A DNA stretch of 64,000 nucleotides from Basidiobolus meristosporus CBS 931.73 (lineage: Eukaryota; Fungi; Basidiobolomycota), in assembly GCA_002104905.1 (NCBI GenBank), contig MCFE01000400.1, positions 17,340 to 81,339 on the forward strand, written 5' to 3'. Each line of letters opens with the position of its first letter. The first letter of the stretch is position 1. The notes below the pieces were generated by a model that ran no database searches, was not told where the DNA came from, and was given only the letters and a program-made list of their open reading frames with translations. Below, piece by piece: positions 37,073-49,931 of this stretch. The translations under genes were made by a program, and so were the position numbers.

Positions 37073-37576
37073 TATACATCAACGGGTGCGAGCTTGTCTA
37101 TGGACAGCTTAATGGGCGAAGTCGAGTGAGAGAGACATCCGTTGAGCAATATATAAGGCCGGGTTTTCAGAGGCCCAATGAAAATGTTTTTACCATGTTA
37201 CACCCCCGACGTGGACTTGGAGTGATAAAGGAAAACAACAAGCATGTTCACGCGAAAATCCGTCCCAAAACCTGTCCAGTCATGGCCGCTGAATCTGCGT
37301 GATACAGGGACAACTAGCAGCGGGAGGATTCATTTTTCGGCATGTTGCAGGGCCTAGTGCTTTGTGCCACATCGGTTACTAGATTCCATGCGAAGAGGTA
37401 GAATCTACATCGGATCACTGTTTCTATTGACCGGGTATGACCGTCCCACCATCAAATAGATTGCGATTGCGTTTTTGGGGCCGGTTGCTCGGCTTATATA
37501 TGGCTTGCAAGCACTGCTGCCACTCATACTCATTTGCAATCCGTCTTCAATATTGCTGTGATTAACGCGATCCAAA

Positions 37577-39203
37577 ATGAATAGGAAGTTCTCTCTGCTT
37601 CTGATCGCTGCGTTCGCTGGGGCCGCGGTCTCCCACAATCTTCCTGTTGAGGCTACCAGTTACGCCAGATGTCCTACAACCTACGTGTCGGACGGTTTCT
37701 TACGAAGCCTCAGCCGCACTGTTTCTTCTCAAACCAAGATCGTGCTCCCCAACTCTGAGGAATACCCACAGGCTCTACACCATTGGTCCGAGACAGCCGA
37801 AGTTCACTCAGCAGCCGTTGTCCGACCAAAAACCTCTCAGGATCTTTCCAACATCGTAATGATTCAGCCTCTATCCATTTGTTTCCTAAGCTAACTGCAT
37901 TTTCAGATCAAGCTGGCTTCCAGCTACGGGATCGACTTCGCGGTCGTTTCTGGCGGTCACAACAACGATGGAGCGTCTAGCACCAAGGGCTTGCTCATCG
38001 ACCTTTCACAGTTCAACCAAGTCCAGCTTTCCGGCGACAAGAAGACCGTCACCGTGGGAGCTGGTCTTCGATGGGGCGCGGTGTACAAGCAACTCACTCC
38101 CCACAACATCTCCTTGGTGGGCGGACGCGTTAGCTCAGTTGGAGTAGGTGGGTTCACCTTGGGCGGTGGGTACGGCTGGAAATCCGGAGAGTACGGCCTT
38201 GCGGCTGACAACATCATCTCTGCTGAGATGGTCCTTGCCAATGGTAAGGTCGTGACTGTTTCACCCACGGAAAACGCAAACTTGTATTTCGGCATTCGTG
38301 GGGGCGGTGGCCAATTCGGCGTGGTTACGAAGTTCGTGTTCAGGGCATTGGAGCAGGAAAACCAGATCTTCTCCGGATTCTACTCCTATAACAAGGACCA
38401 AGTGAAAGACGTCGCCGTGGCCATGGAGAAATGGGTGGCTGACAACAACGATCCCAAAGCAGGAGTGATGCTGATTTTCGCTAGACCACCACCCAGCTTT
38501 GATGTAATAATTGATAGCATTGAACCATTCTCTTGATTCCTATGGGAAGCTAACCAAATTTCCCCAGGCGGTTCCCGTGGTTCTGGTATGGTACGATGGC
38601 CCCGCTTCGGTCGGCAAGCCCGCCTTCAAAGCTTTCCAAGATCTCAAGCCAGACTCCGACTCCACTGCCGAGGTGTCTTTCGAAGTTGGAAACACTCTGC
38701 AAGACGATCTGGTAACCGATGGAGACCGCAAAACCATGTCCTCTGTCGCCTGGAAGACCATCACCAGCGAAATGATCCTCAAGGCCCACGAGTTTTATGT
38801 TAACTTCACCTCCAGCGTTCCCGATACCGCCCAATCCTCCATTCTCATCGAGCCAGTATTCCGCAGCTCCTTTGAAGGCATCAAGGACACCGACTCGGCA
38901 TATCCCCACGCTGAGGCGCTTCATGTTATTGGCTTGGTCCCACGCTGGCCTCAATCCACTCAGGACGCAACAGTTAAATCCTGGATCGCCCAGGGAACTA
39001 AGCTGCTTCGCTCCCTAGAAAAGGACAATATCGTGTATCCCAACTACTCCATCTACAGCGAGCCTTTGAAAAACATGTTCGGGGCCAACCTAGAGAAACT
39101 CACTGCCTTGAAGGCCACATACGACCCGCAGTGCATCTTCCGTCACGGGTTCGTCTTCCCCACACAGAACTGCCGTCGCTGCCCTGCTCCGGCATCCTGG
39201 TAG
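37577..39203 (+). CDS. Secreted FAD-linked oxidoreductase (BBE/6-hydroxy-D-nicotine oxidase family), 2 introns
   Basis: Signal peptide; VVRPKT; SGGHN flavinylation motif; GRVSSVGVGGFTLGGG; YPNY; YDPQCIF. Introns at 37856-37906 (ctaac branch site) and about 38504-38568. Confidence 0.92.
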
Positions 39204-39500
39204 CAATTTTGCAATAGTAGCGTTATAAAATAATTATTTCCACCTAATCTGGATCTTCATTAAATTCAATGATTTGTTCCTATATATGGCTCCATCGTTT
39301 AAGCTTATATTCCCCTAGAGGCTTTTGGTGTTGATCAAATCGTGATTGGCTTGCCATACATTAGTTCGCTGTTGTGTGCGCCTTTCCATGTTCCACCTCG
39401 TCCCCATTCATATCCCCAGCATCCTGATTAGAAACAACTTGTCTATATTCAGTAATACATATCGAATCTGCTGCTTTCGTCTCAAAATCTTGTCCGTCTG

Positions 39501-40312
39501 ATGAAGTGCGCAGTCTTCAACGGACCAGGCAGTGACTTGGAAGTGACCGAACCAGGGCCACATGAAATTTTACTAAAGGTCAGGACGTGGGGGGGGGGGT
39601 CTGTCATAGGTAGTGGAACCTCTACAGCCCTTGTCGATGTCACGTAAGCAATTGCGAATGATTATATTCTTCAACACAAAGCCATTCTGGGATTGAGCTG
39701 TCCCCGGACCCCTGGCCACGAAGTGGTTTGCAGACTCCATCACCTGGGCGAAAATGCATATGGACCGTACTATGCTGCCTTGGGATTGGTGCTAATTGCG
39801 AGCTGTCCTTGAAGGTATCTTCGCTGTATCATGTAGGCATGTGCATAGGTGTTGGTCGGAGTGGTGGCTATTGTGGAACCTGCGAAGCATGCCGTCGAGG
39901 TGCTTTCGTGGATTGTGATAAATATTGGGCTACTGGGGTGAAGCAGGATGGAGGATATGCGGAGTATATGGTTGCTAGACAAAGCGCTTGTTGCAGAATA
40001 CCGGAAGGACTAACTTCCACTGTGGCCATCTCGAGTTAAGCAAGCAAAAGTCAAGAGTTGGGAGTTCATAACTATATCAACCAGTCCGGACAAGATGCTG
40101 TGGAAGAGCTGCAGAAATCGATCACTGTTACGGCACCTGGTGGTCAAGTGTCCAGATTAATTGATGGTCTAGCATTTGAAGGAACTCTACTGGTTGTCTC
40201 GATGCTTCCTGAACCACTAAAAATCGACACAAACACTCTAATATCAAAGAGAGCGCATGGCCAAGTGGTATGCGCATACTCACGATTTCGAGCTGTCCTC
40301 GTCTTTGATTAG
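39501..40312 (+). pseudogene. Decayed zinc-binding alcohol dehydrogenase, paralog of 48749-49931
   Basis: MKCAVFNGPGSDLEV, GHEVV, CGTCEACRRG, DGGYAEYM. It has frameshifts and an internal deletion removing the GxGGLG region. Confidence 0.85.
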
Positions 40313-40472
40313 ATACTATAATACAACATATAATACAATAAATGGATTAATTGAATTTCTGTTGCCTCGAAAACCGTAGCACTATTGCGGACCTGATCAC
40401 GTGACCCGGGGTTTACTCCATTATAAGGCGGTCCCTCGCTAATTCCCACACTAGCATTATTAGCTAATCGAC

Positions 40473-41096
40473 ATGACTAGAATCGAGACAAATAGGCTTC
40501 GTTTAGTCCCGATTATCGAAGAAGATATTCCGGCTGTAGCGGAGTTCTTTCTGCAGCTGAACTTGGACAAAAAGTTCACCAAAATGGCCTGGGGCCAGGA
40601 AGAGCCGATTCACGCCACTCTGGAAGAGGTGACCAACCGGGCCGTGCAATGGAAGGAGGCCTTCGAGAAGTTTGGCATGGGGTGGTATTTTGTCCGTCTA
40701 CGCGAAACGCAGGAGCCCATAGGGTACGTCTTCATACGTCCTGTTTTGGAAAGTCAACTTCAATACACGCGGGATTCCCATCCAGAAGTGGATCCTGCCA
40801 CATTTCAGGCTCGTCCGGGGGAGATTGAACTTGGCTATGGGTTTGCCACTGTCGCTTGGGGAAAAGGCTACGCCACAGAGGCGGTCCGGCGGATACTTGA
40901 CCACGGCTTCCAAAACCTCAATGTTCCTTTTATCTCTGGAGCTGCCCTTACCGACAATGTTGGAAGCCAAAAGGTGATGGAAAAAGCTGGTATGACCGAA
41001 ATCAAGTCCGGAGGCCCTTCCTACTACGGCGTCGAGGATAAATATTATGAAATGACCCGCAAACAATGGGAGCAAAAAGAGGCACATTCCCTGTAG
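40473..41096 (+). CDS. GNAT acetyltransferase, RimJ/RimL-like
   Basis: IETNRLRL; EIELGYGF...WGKGYATEA; NVGSQKVMEKAGM. Intronless. Confidence 0.9.
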   Translation: MTRIETNRLRLVPIIEEDIPAVAEFFLQLNLDKKFTKMAWGQEEPIHATLEEVTNRAVQWKEAFEKFGMGWYFVRLRETQEPIGYVFIRPVLESQLQYTRDSHPEVDPATFQARPGEIELGYGFATVAWGKGYATEAVRRILDHGFQNLNVPFISGAALTDNVGSQKVMEKAGMTEIKSGGPSYYGVEDKYYEMTRKQWEQKEAHSL

Positions 41097-42323
41097 TATG
41101 CTTCAAGCGTTGTATTAGCATTCATTATTTGTTCGTCTTTGGCATTTTTGCATTGGCCACGACCGCTCAATAAAGCCTGGCCAACTGACTACACTTGTGC
41201 ACCTTTATATTCAACTCAACGATCTCTTTCATTGTCCGAATGAGTGATTGTATTTTGAGTTAATTCTGTGCATTGGCCATCCTCCAGAGTGTGGCCAGGG
41301 TCGCAGTGCAAATCCCTGACCATCTTGAGATGGTTCCCACCTGGCGTGCCATGTCTCAGTCACCCTCAGATCTCACGTACTTTTACGCTTTGTTGTCCAG
41401 TAATGCTGATCCATAATAGCAGGTAAGGTGCCAGGCAGGAAGAAAAGGTAGTCATTCCATTTTCTTGCGCAAACAGGGAACAACCAGTATTATTACTTGG
41501 CACACGAGGTAGTGCAGCAGTACGCTCTCTGCACACACATGACGGGCAGATGTGTAACGTATCCGCCGGTGTGGCGTAGCGACTTCTTACCTGGGTTTCC
41601 ATCGAATATTCCTAGGCCCACTGAAGATGAAAAACCAATCAAACATTGAATTCTCTTCTCTTGGTCACTCTAGGCTTATTTAGCCAATGCTCACCTTATA
41701 GGTGAGTAACACATTCCAAATCCGACCTGATGCCACCTACATCCCTGGACATCATAACCATACCATCAGGCAACCACCTATTGGGGAACAGAAACTGAAC
41801 GATTCCCAACCCTTATTCTCACTTATCCACCAGATTCCAACACCACGTTTCGCCAAACCGATTCGGAAGCTATGTCTATCCGAAGTCCCCACCTCCACTC
41901 GACAGAAAATGAATTGAAAAGCAAAGGACCTCACAAGAGATGCAGACGACCCTAGTAAGTTAGACATAGGACAGGTTCTCCCTTCTCACCATTCACCAGC
42001 AATCATTTCTCACTACTTACCGGGTGCGGACCTCCAGCGTCTCTCTAAAAAACGTTAGCAATGGTGAAACTGGCTCAGAAGAGAAGGGAGGGTTTGTCAA
42101 CTATTATTGTACCATAGGCATCATCACGTCGCAGGCATTATCCTGATCCGTTTATAAGGGTCTGATCTCAGCCGCGCACTAGAATCACAAGTCATCTAGG
42201 GCAGCACCCCTCGAGAGGCCTTTTAGGTACAATGGAATAGGTGAAACCAACCAGGAACCCCCGTGTATGGCGGTGGGGGTTCGCTTGGATTTATTACGTG
42301 GCGGAATGGGTGTTGTTGATGCA

Positions 42324-43796
42324 TCACTTGGAGGAGTTGAACATCCGATCAATCTCCTCCAGAGTGCGCCCTTTCGTTTCCGGCAGGAAGCAAGAGCCTA
42401 TCAGCAGCAGCGCGCAACAACTACCGAAGAAGTAGTATCCTCCGTAGATGGTGTTGTTCATGAAGATCGGCATCACAAACGTCATGAAAATGCTGATGGC
42501 CCAGTTAAGCCCGTACGCCAGCGCAAGTCCCTTCGCCCGCGTACGCATGTTCAGCACCTCGGCTGGATACACATATGCCACAGGTCCCCAGCTGTAGGCA
42601 TAGGCGGCTTGGAAGATGAACACAAGGGCAATGACGGCGTTACGAGCATGAGTATTATCAATGCCTGTAACCACGCCTTCGTTGATAACGGTGTACGACT
42701 GGAAGATTGCCCCGCAGATGAACATGGAAGCACCCATGATGAAGGCGCCGGAAACAAATGTGGGTCGACGTCCCACTTTGTCGATGAATAGCAAAGCAAA
42801 CATGTTGAAGGCAAAAGAAACAATGTTGCTTCCGCCGCTGGTTGCAAGAGCAACTGAGGTATTGGAGAGACCGGCTTGTTGGAAGATTTGCGGAGCAAAG
42901 TAGGAAATGGCGGAGGTTCCGGAGAAAGCAGCACCGTTACCGGTGAAGAGGGCTAATAGTGTGCGCTTGAGGTTGCTTCCTCGGAAGAGTTCGATGTATG
43001 TGCGGTTCCCGAATGCGCGCTCGCTTTCAATTTCCTCACGGATAACACGGTACTCGGCCATGACATTAGGGCTGTCGATAGGAGCCGAATGTAATTTCGC
43101 CAAAACCAGCAAGGCTTCTTCGCTACGGCCCTTGTCCATCAACCAACGGGGAGAGAAGGGAAGGAAAATGGTGAAGGACAGGGAAAAGCAGAGCAGCATC
43201 TCCAACAGGAACGGAGCGCGCCACGACCAAGTAGTCGAGAGGTAACTGGTGCCGAAATTTACGAAGTAGCCCACAATGGTTCCAATAGAGCACATGGCAC
43301 TGAAGAAACTGATCAGACGGCCACGAATATCGGGCGGTGCGATCTCAGAATGATAGAGCGGAATGGCATTGGTCAGGAAACCTTCACCAAAGCCGACAAA
43401 GAGACGGCCGGTGATCAATAGGCCAAAGTTGTAGCCTATGGTTTGGAATAACGCTCCAATACCGAAGACAAAAGCACCCAACAAGATGGTGTATTTACGG
43501 CCAATCCAATCACAAATGTTGCCCGACATAAGGCCACCAATAGTAGCAGTCAAAAGCATCAGTGCGGTCAAGAGTCCTTCACGATAAGCTGCGTTCTCGT
43601 TCAAGAACCGACTGGAGAAAGAATCCAGCGCCATGATGCCAGAGATGGCGCCCGTATCGAAGCCAACCACAAAACCGCCAGCGGCGGCTACTGTAGCAGC
43701 CATATAGAGGGAGACACGGGATTCTCTGGTGCCGGGTACTTTCTCCTGTACAATGGTATCTTTGTCGTCGAGACCGGACTCAAACTTGGAAGCCAT
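42324..43796 (-). CDS. MFS sugar porter family transporter
   Basis: GGFVVGFDTG, DWIGRK, SEIAPPDIRG, PFSPRWL, DKVGRR, SWGPV, PETKGRTLEEI. Start MASKF inferred at 43796. Intronless. Confidence 0.95.
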   Translation of the reverse strand: MASKFESGLDDKDTIVQEKVPGTRESRVSLYMAATVAAAGGFVVGFDTGAISGIMALDSFSSRFLNENAAYREGLLTALMLLTATIGGLMSGNICDWIGRKYTILLGAFVFGIGALFQTIGYNFGLLITGRLFVGFGEGFLTNAIPLYHSEIAPPDIRGRLISFFSAMCSIGTIVGYFVNFGTSYLSTTWSWRAPFLLEMLLCFSLSFTIFLPFSPRWLMDKGRSEEALLVLAKLHSAPIDSPNVMAEYRVIREEIESERAFGNRTYIELFRGSNLKRTLLALFTGNGAAFSGTSAISYFAPQIFQQAGLSNTSVALATSGGSNIVSFAFNMFALLFIDKVGRRPTFVSGAFIMGASMFICGAIFQSYTVINEGVVTGIDNTHARNAVIALVFIFQAAYAYSWGPVAYVYPAEVLNMRTRAKGLALAYGLNWAISIFMTFVMPIFMNNTIYGGYYFFGSCCALLLIGSCFLPETKGRTLEEIDRMFNSSK

Positions 43797-44483
43797 GAAT
43801 GCAGTTGTGAAATCGAGAAAATTGAATGAGGGACTGTGTAGTTGCTGGTTCTCTTTATATATATATATGCAATTTCCAATCGTAGCATATCGGATAGCAT
43901 GGAATCTGGAGCGTTTGCCCCATTTCACATTGATTCTTCCACGTATTAGGTTGCGACGATCAACGATTTCTTCGTAAAATCCCGGAATCCAGCACCTAAC
44001 CGAAGTGTTATCTTGGGATTGATAAGGTATTGGTAGATGATCAAGAGGTTTGGTAATTTCTCACATGCTTCATAATTGCCTTTTCCGTCTTATCAATTTC
44101 CTATTTATATCGACCATCCAAGCTATACAACATAATACTGAGTCAAGGGTCCATATAGAGTGACAGCTCTGGCGGACCTTCGCTTTATACTAAAGATACT
44201 GTGATGGTGTGCGACTCTGGTCGTTGGAAGTATTGGGTTAAGCCAACTGCAAAAAAGCAGGAATAGAGAGCAAAACGTGTCAGTAAATTGGCGGAAGTAT
44301 CCACCGAAAAAAGGTTGTTTTGGGTGTTTGGAGGCTAATAGGATTCTATTCATAGAGTCGAGTCTTTTTAGATTTTCTTGAGTGTCTTTGCCCGTATACG
44401 GTCTATGGGTATACACCGCCACAACCATGTCTATACTACGCTGTATCCAGTTCTAAGGCTAAGAACGCAAGTAGAATAGGGAT

Positions 44484-45673
44484 GTGCAACGATCCCGCAC
44501 ACTTGAGATCTTCATAGTATTGGTCCTTGTCTATTTCTATGGTGATGGAGTCCGAGCTGAGGACAGAAGCCAATCTTCTACTTTTGTGGTTGAACGCTTA
44601 CCCGTACAAGAGTTTTTGGATAACAATAGTCAGCACAGCATCTATAAGCCTAAAAGAGTCAGGAGCAGCATCTGTAAGCCTAAATTACCTCTTTTCATGA
44701 GTTGGATCATTCTTTGGAATCTTCACGTTCAGAATGGTTTTGTGATTTAATTATGTTTGTCAATTCTCTGTCTTCATATGGTGTTACTAATCACCAATTT
44801 ATACACAAAATGATAAACATCTTGCCTAAAATGTAATACATGCTTGACTGTGGAGTAATGACTAGATTATAGTCTTTGCACGTGATTCCAGCGAAGCGAT
44901 AAACAGGCCGATCTATATCGCATTATTCGGCCCTGTAACCACATCTACATCATAGACCCGGTGGTCAAGTCATGCAGGGTGGATTAAATCTCATCAGCCA
45001 CATAAACTCGGAATTCTTGTTTCGAATCTACCTGTGTACATATCAAATACTTGTTTGGAAGTCAAGAGGAATACGGCCGTGTACTTGGATAGCACAAAGA
45101 CAAGCCTATACCTTTAAGGTGATTAAATTACACGAGAATTACTAGACAACAATGGGTGCTGAGAGACGAATATCCAAATGAAAATTATAAAACGTACCGT
45201 TCTTGAGCATGATGTTTATCAGTCTAGCTTTAACTCCGTCAGCATTCTATTTCCACTACCAAATGCCTCCTCTCTTTATAATTGTCGGTATACTGGCTCT
45301 TATGGGGTTTGTCGGAATAGTAGTAGGTATGCATCTTCATAATTTGATCTCATATCATTGACTACAAGTCGTACTGAAACTTCACCTAAGGACTTGACAA
45401 AGAAAGTAAGAACCATGCCGCTATTCCTATCGCTACCCCTGCCCCGAGGTCCCAGCGAAATATTGTATTTACTCACAGGATATGCCGAAACAACCAGCAG
45501 GCGGGTATACCTTTGGTTGTTATGACCCGCCATAGAAATGAGGAAGCCATAGGAGGCAACAACGAGATAGTCATGCCTCCTCCTCCATACGCTGAAGCTA
45601 TTAGCATTCCTCCTACTGCATATTGTGCATCCAATGCTGAGGCTCCACCTAGCTATCTCCATCTGATGGAGTA
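44484..45673 (+). CDS. Putative single-pass membrane protein with C-terminal PY motifs (spliced; exon structure incomplete)
   Basis: Signal-like exon at 44484; TM exon PPLFIIVGILALMGFVGIVV followed by gtatgc at about 45325; last exon after ctcacag ends PPPPYAEAISIPPTAYCASNAEAPPSYLHLME*. Confidence 0.55.
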
Positions 45674-46689
45674 GGCCTTGATTCACATTCATTAGTCTAT
45701 ATTTATGCATGCTTCCTAGATGCCGTCCCTAATATGTATATCTCCATCAATTAATGTAACCAGACTGGATAAACTCAATAACATTCTTATATAAGCGGAG
45801 TTGGATGTTGTGCAATAGAAGTATACGTTGAATGATTCGATATCTATCATCAGAAACTGAGGCAAAGAGGAGGTAGACGGAAATATAGAGAAAGACAAGG
45901 CTTTGGTGGATATGTTGCGTATATTCCATACTAGGATTCATTGTGGTATGTTGCAAACCAGTCTTGAATGCATGGCTTTTGTAGTGCTAGTATCTACTGC
46001 TGTCACAATATGTATAGCCATTAAGCATGATAGATGTCCAGCCCTAATTTATTCCAGTGTGGCGCCGGCGTGGAAGTTCCTGTGAAACCGGCATGTCACA
46101 CGGAGAGCAGAATGACTATCGCATAGTTGTTCTCTACACACAAGAATGAAACTTAATAACTGCTTAAGGCCTGCAAGGTACGCAAACATTGAGTGAACAT
46201 TCGAAGTGTTGCACACGTTAGTCACCTGAACTTAAATTTCAGCATTGAAGACAGAAAAGTCCCCAATAATAATATAGGAAAGACTGGGAAGAATTTCTAC
46301 CTGTGTTCTTTAGCAGAATGACATCTCTTCCGTAGTAAACAATGGAAAGGAGCGAACGACAAATATAAAATGACCCTCCCCTCTGGAAGGTATTTTCAGT
46401 TAACGTAAGTACCTAGTAGCCTAGCGCATGGTCAGACCCAAACTCAACGAAGTGTTTAGGTTTTCTACTTTTGATGCCCAATTGCACACCCACATCATTT
46501 CTGGCTTCGCTAGTAACTTGCTTCCTTATCGCTGTTATAACCATTATTCAGGTGGATAGTAAGTATTTTCATTGAAATACTTGCATTGTTTTCTTTGATT
46601 GATAATGTAACCTTATTATACAAGAAAGGTAAAGGGCTCCTACCTCAATCTGTATTAGAGGTCGCCTCTTCATTGACTCATCCAAATAT

Positions 46690-47424
46690 TTAGGGTTTTC
46701 GTTGAGTATACAAATACCCCCTTCATCATTGGTATAGTTATTCTGGTGCTCCTGGTCATGATTTTCATTTGCTCTTTCTTGTGTGGGGCACATAGTAGGC
46801 GCCTTGGGCTTATCTATAACACCAACTGTGACTAAAACCATATATTTATACAGAACAGCACAGTGACACTGATTTACCTACCTCAGCACCAAGAAGGGAG
46901 AGAACACTCAACTTAATTCCACATGATTCCGGCAGTAATAGCAATGCGGCATCCATCGACTACAAGAGCCAACAATGTTCCGTCATATGCTCAAGCTAAT
47001 GTTATTCTACCTCTCGCACCAAGAAGTGAGAGACTAGTCAATACGATTCCACATGATGCCAGTAGTAATAGCAATGCGGCATCTTCGACTACAAGAGCCA
47101 ACAATTTCCCGTCATATGCTCAAGCTAATGTCACTCTACCTCTCACACCTAGAAGCGAGAGGTCAGTCGATACGATTTCACATGGTGCCAGCAGTAATAG
47201 CAGTGCAGCATCCTCAACTACAAGAACCAACAATGTTCCGTCATACGCTCAAGCTGATATCATTTTGCCTGTCGCATCAAGAAGTGAGATAACAACCAAT
47301 GCGCTTCCATATGATGCGCTCAGTAACAGTAATGTGACTTCTTCGACCAGCAAGTGATAACAATCTTCCTTCATACGATCAAGCTATAACTATTCCACCT
47401 CCTGCCTATTGTCCATTGGACTAA
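46690..47424 (+). pseudogene. Paralogous TM/PY-motif protein with 129-bp repeats and two +1 frameshifts
   Basis: TM segment PFIIGIVILVLLVMIFICSFLCG, an intron, repeats containing VPSYAQA, and the ending LPSYDQAITIPPPAYCPLD*. Confidence 0.55.
46875..47390 (+). repeat. 129-bp (43-codon) tandem repeat, about 4 copies
   Basis: actacaaga(g/a)ccaacaat recurs at about 46959, 47088 and 47217. Confidence 0.85.
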
Positions 47425-48748
47425 TAGTTAGGCTGTCAAGCGCAATTCCCCTCTACTCCTATGTATACTATATTAATTACGTAATATAATATGTTAACAA
47501 TTATCTTGCTCGAAAACGGTGCTCAGAGCTCCTTTCTGTTCCTCGGAAATGTCCAGAAAATTTCCTTGCAACAGACCAAGCAATATTGTTAAAATTATCT
47601 ATCCAGTACCTAATACTCAGATATTATAATACACTCAATATCTCGAATATTATTCGAGAACTGTTTAACAAGTCTGGAGAATTAAAAATCCCAGCTGAGC
47701 TTCCAAAACCAACATCTCTGATTTTGAGAAGATTTTTGCAATCAAAAAGATCTAGTTGGTATGGCACACTGTGAATTTGGGAGCCAGGTGAAGATCTAGA
47801 ATTACAAGAAAAGTAATTTGAACTTTTTGTGTATTGGGTTAACACAGTATTTTTACATTGACTTAATAATTATAAGAGTGTTGTTAAGAGACACCGTGGT
47901 AGATATGTGCAAGGTATATGGTTATTAGAATAGATATTGGACTTCGAACAACTCTCCGAATGAACCGACTTGTTGATATTAAACATCCAGATAATCGTCA
48001 TTTTTAAAAGCATAAACTAGAAAATATTGGCGCTAAATCAGATGCAATAATGATTAGGATGCAATTGGGCATTGACAGAAGTTGCTATTAGAAACTCATA
48101 GTTGCAATTAATAGAGTATCATAGGATCTGAAGAAAGATACTGGCTTAGCTTCTTTACGAGAAACAAAGGTTCAGAGCTTCTACCCCCCTGTGCCTGTGT
48201 TACTAATATTCGAAAGCTATTGTAAGCACAGTTTCGAAGTCTTTCAATAGCTGTATCCTTGTATCGGAATTGAGGTTGTTGAAGATATACAAATAGATAC
48301 TTTACTTTAACGTAGCAAACCGAGTCTCTATACACTTGGCGCACGCTCCCACTCTTGTTTGAAGTATCCTAATGTAGCTGTAACAGGTGCGTCTAGTGGG
48401 CTTCGGTTTGTCCAATCAGAAATTCTTATCGGTTCTGATAAAGTAACAAACACCGAATGCAGGCTGGAGTAGGTTAAATACAAGAAGCCTCTGAAAATGC
48501 CTTGCAAAAGGTTTTTCCAGCGCCAAGCGCTTAACGTAGTCTACTTGCCATCATAGTGTGAATGAACAGATCTGCTTGGCTTCATTTCTTTGATACTCGC
48601 TACTTATCTAGGTGAAAACAAGGGATTCTCAGACACCTGAATTCAAAGGCGCCCCTTGCACAGGAAAGTATAGGAGTAAGAATGAATTTAATTATCACAT
48701 CGCATTGAGTATACATTATGGGTAAAATGAGCGGATGAGAAATTAAGA

Positions 48749-49931
48749 TTATTCGAAAACAATTACAGCTCGGAATCTAGGCTTGCCGCTCAACATGTCT
48801 TCGTATGCCTGCTTAGCTTGATCTAATGTATAAGTCTGTATCAATGGCTTGGTGTTTGTTAAAGCGGAGAAGTTCAAAGCATCCTCAGAATCCTGCAAAA
48901 TCATCATCAGTAATGCGATCGAATGTTCAGCAAAGCACACATACGTACCGCTTGAGTGCCACTTGGCCACCCACGAATTTTCGCTCTCTTGAGAATCAAG
49001 CTTAGTGAGTCGATCTTCATTGGCTCCGGCAACATGGAGACTACCAGCATGGTGCCGTCGAAAGCTAAACCTTCAACTAATTTTGACACATCACCTCCAG
49101 GGGCAGTTACAATAATCAGCTTGGCTCCACCTAATTTCTTTAACTGCTCCACAGCATCTTGTTTGGATTGATCAATGTATACATGTGCTCCCAACTCTTG
49201 GGCGAGATCTTGCTTGCTTGCTGAGCTGGAAAGGGCTACTGTACGGTAACCGAATTTGTTGGCGTATTGAATAGCAAGGTGACCCAGACCGCCAATACCA
49301 ACAACAGCACAAACGTCCCCGGGATGGATGTTGTCCATGTGTCTCATGGAGTTGTAAACAGTAATACCGGCACACAGCAATGGTGCAGCCTCAGCTGAGC
49401 TGAGTTCGTCAGGAATTCTACATAAGGCACTTTGTCTGGCCACCATGTATTGCGCATACCCTCCGTCTTGTCGAACTCCGGTTACCCAGAACTTCTCACA
49501 GTCGATGAATGAGCCACGGCGACAAGCTTCACAGGTGCTACAGTAACCAGCATTCCAACCAACACCAATTCGCATGCCTTCTTTATAGAGAGTAGAAACC
49601 TGGAATAAAAGTCAGCATCTCTCGCGTAAGATTTAACTGGTTAACATTTCGTACATTCTCACCCAGCTTGTGAATCCTTCCGACAACTTCATGACCAGGG
49701 ATCACTGGATAATTGATACCAGGCATTGCGTTATATTGAAGAACGCAATCACTGGGGAAATCTTAGTATCATTGATGAGTGTAAAACGCTCATTGATCCG
49801 TCTTACGAGTGGCAAATTCCGCACGCTTCCACTTTGATTAGAACTTCTCCGGGGCCAGGGGTAGGGATCGGTCTTTCGACAACCTCAAGGTCGCTTCCTG
49901 GCTTGCTAAAGATGGCGCACTTCATAGACAT
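48749..49931 (-). CDS. Zinc-binding medium-chain alcohol dehydrogenase, 3 introns
   Basis: CGICHSD, GHEVVG, CSTCEACRRG...C, AAPLLCAGITVYN, GIGGLGHLAIQYA, KPRFRAVI. GT-AG introns restore the reading frame. Confidence 0.93.

Noticed and set aside
22004-37900. Many alternative-frame and antisense ORFs over the real genes (e.g. 22004-22516, 29954-30586, 36411-36995)
   Set aside because: They are shadow ORFs caused by GC-rich codon usage of the genes they overlap.
47430-48700. Short ORFs in AT-rich intergenic DNA here and at 50000-51800
   Set aside because: No recognisable domains, splice models or repeats.
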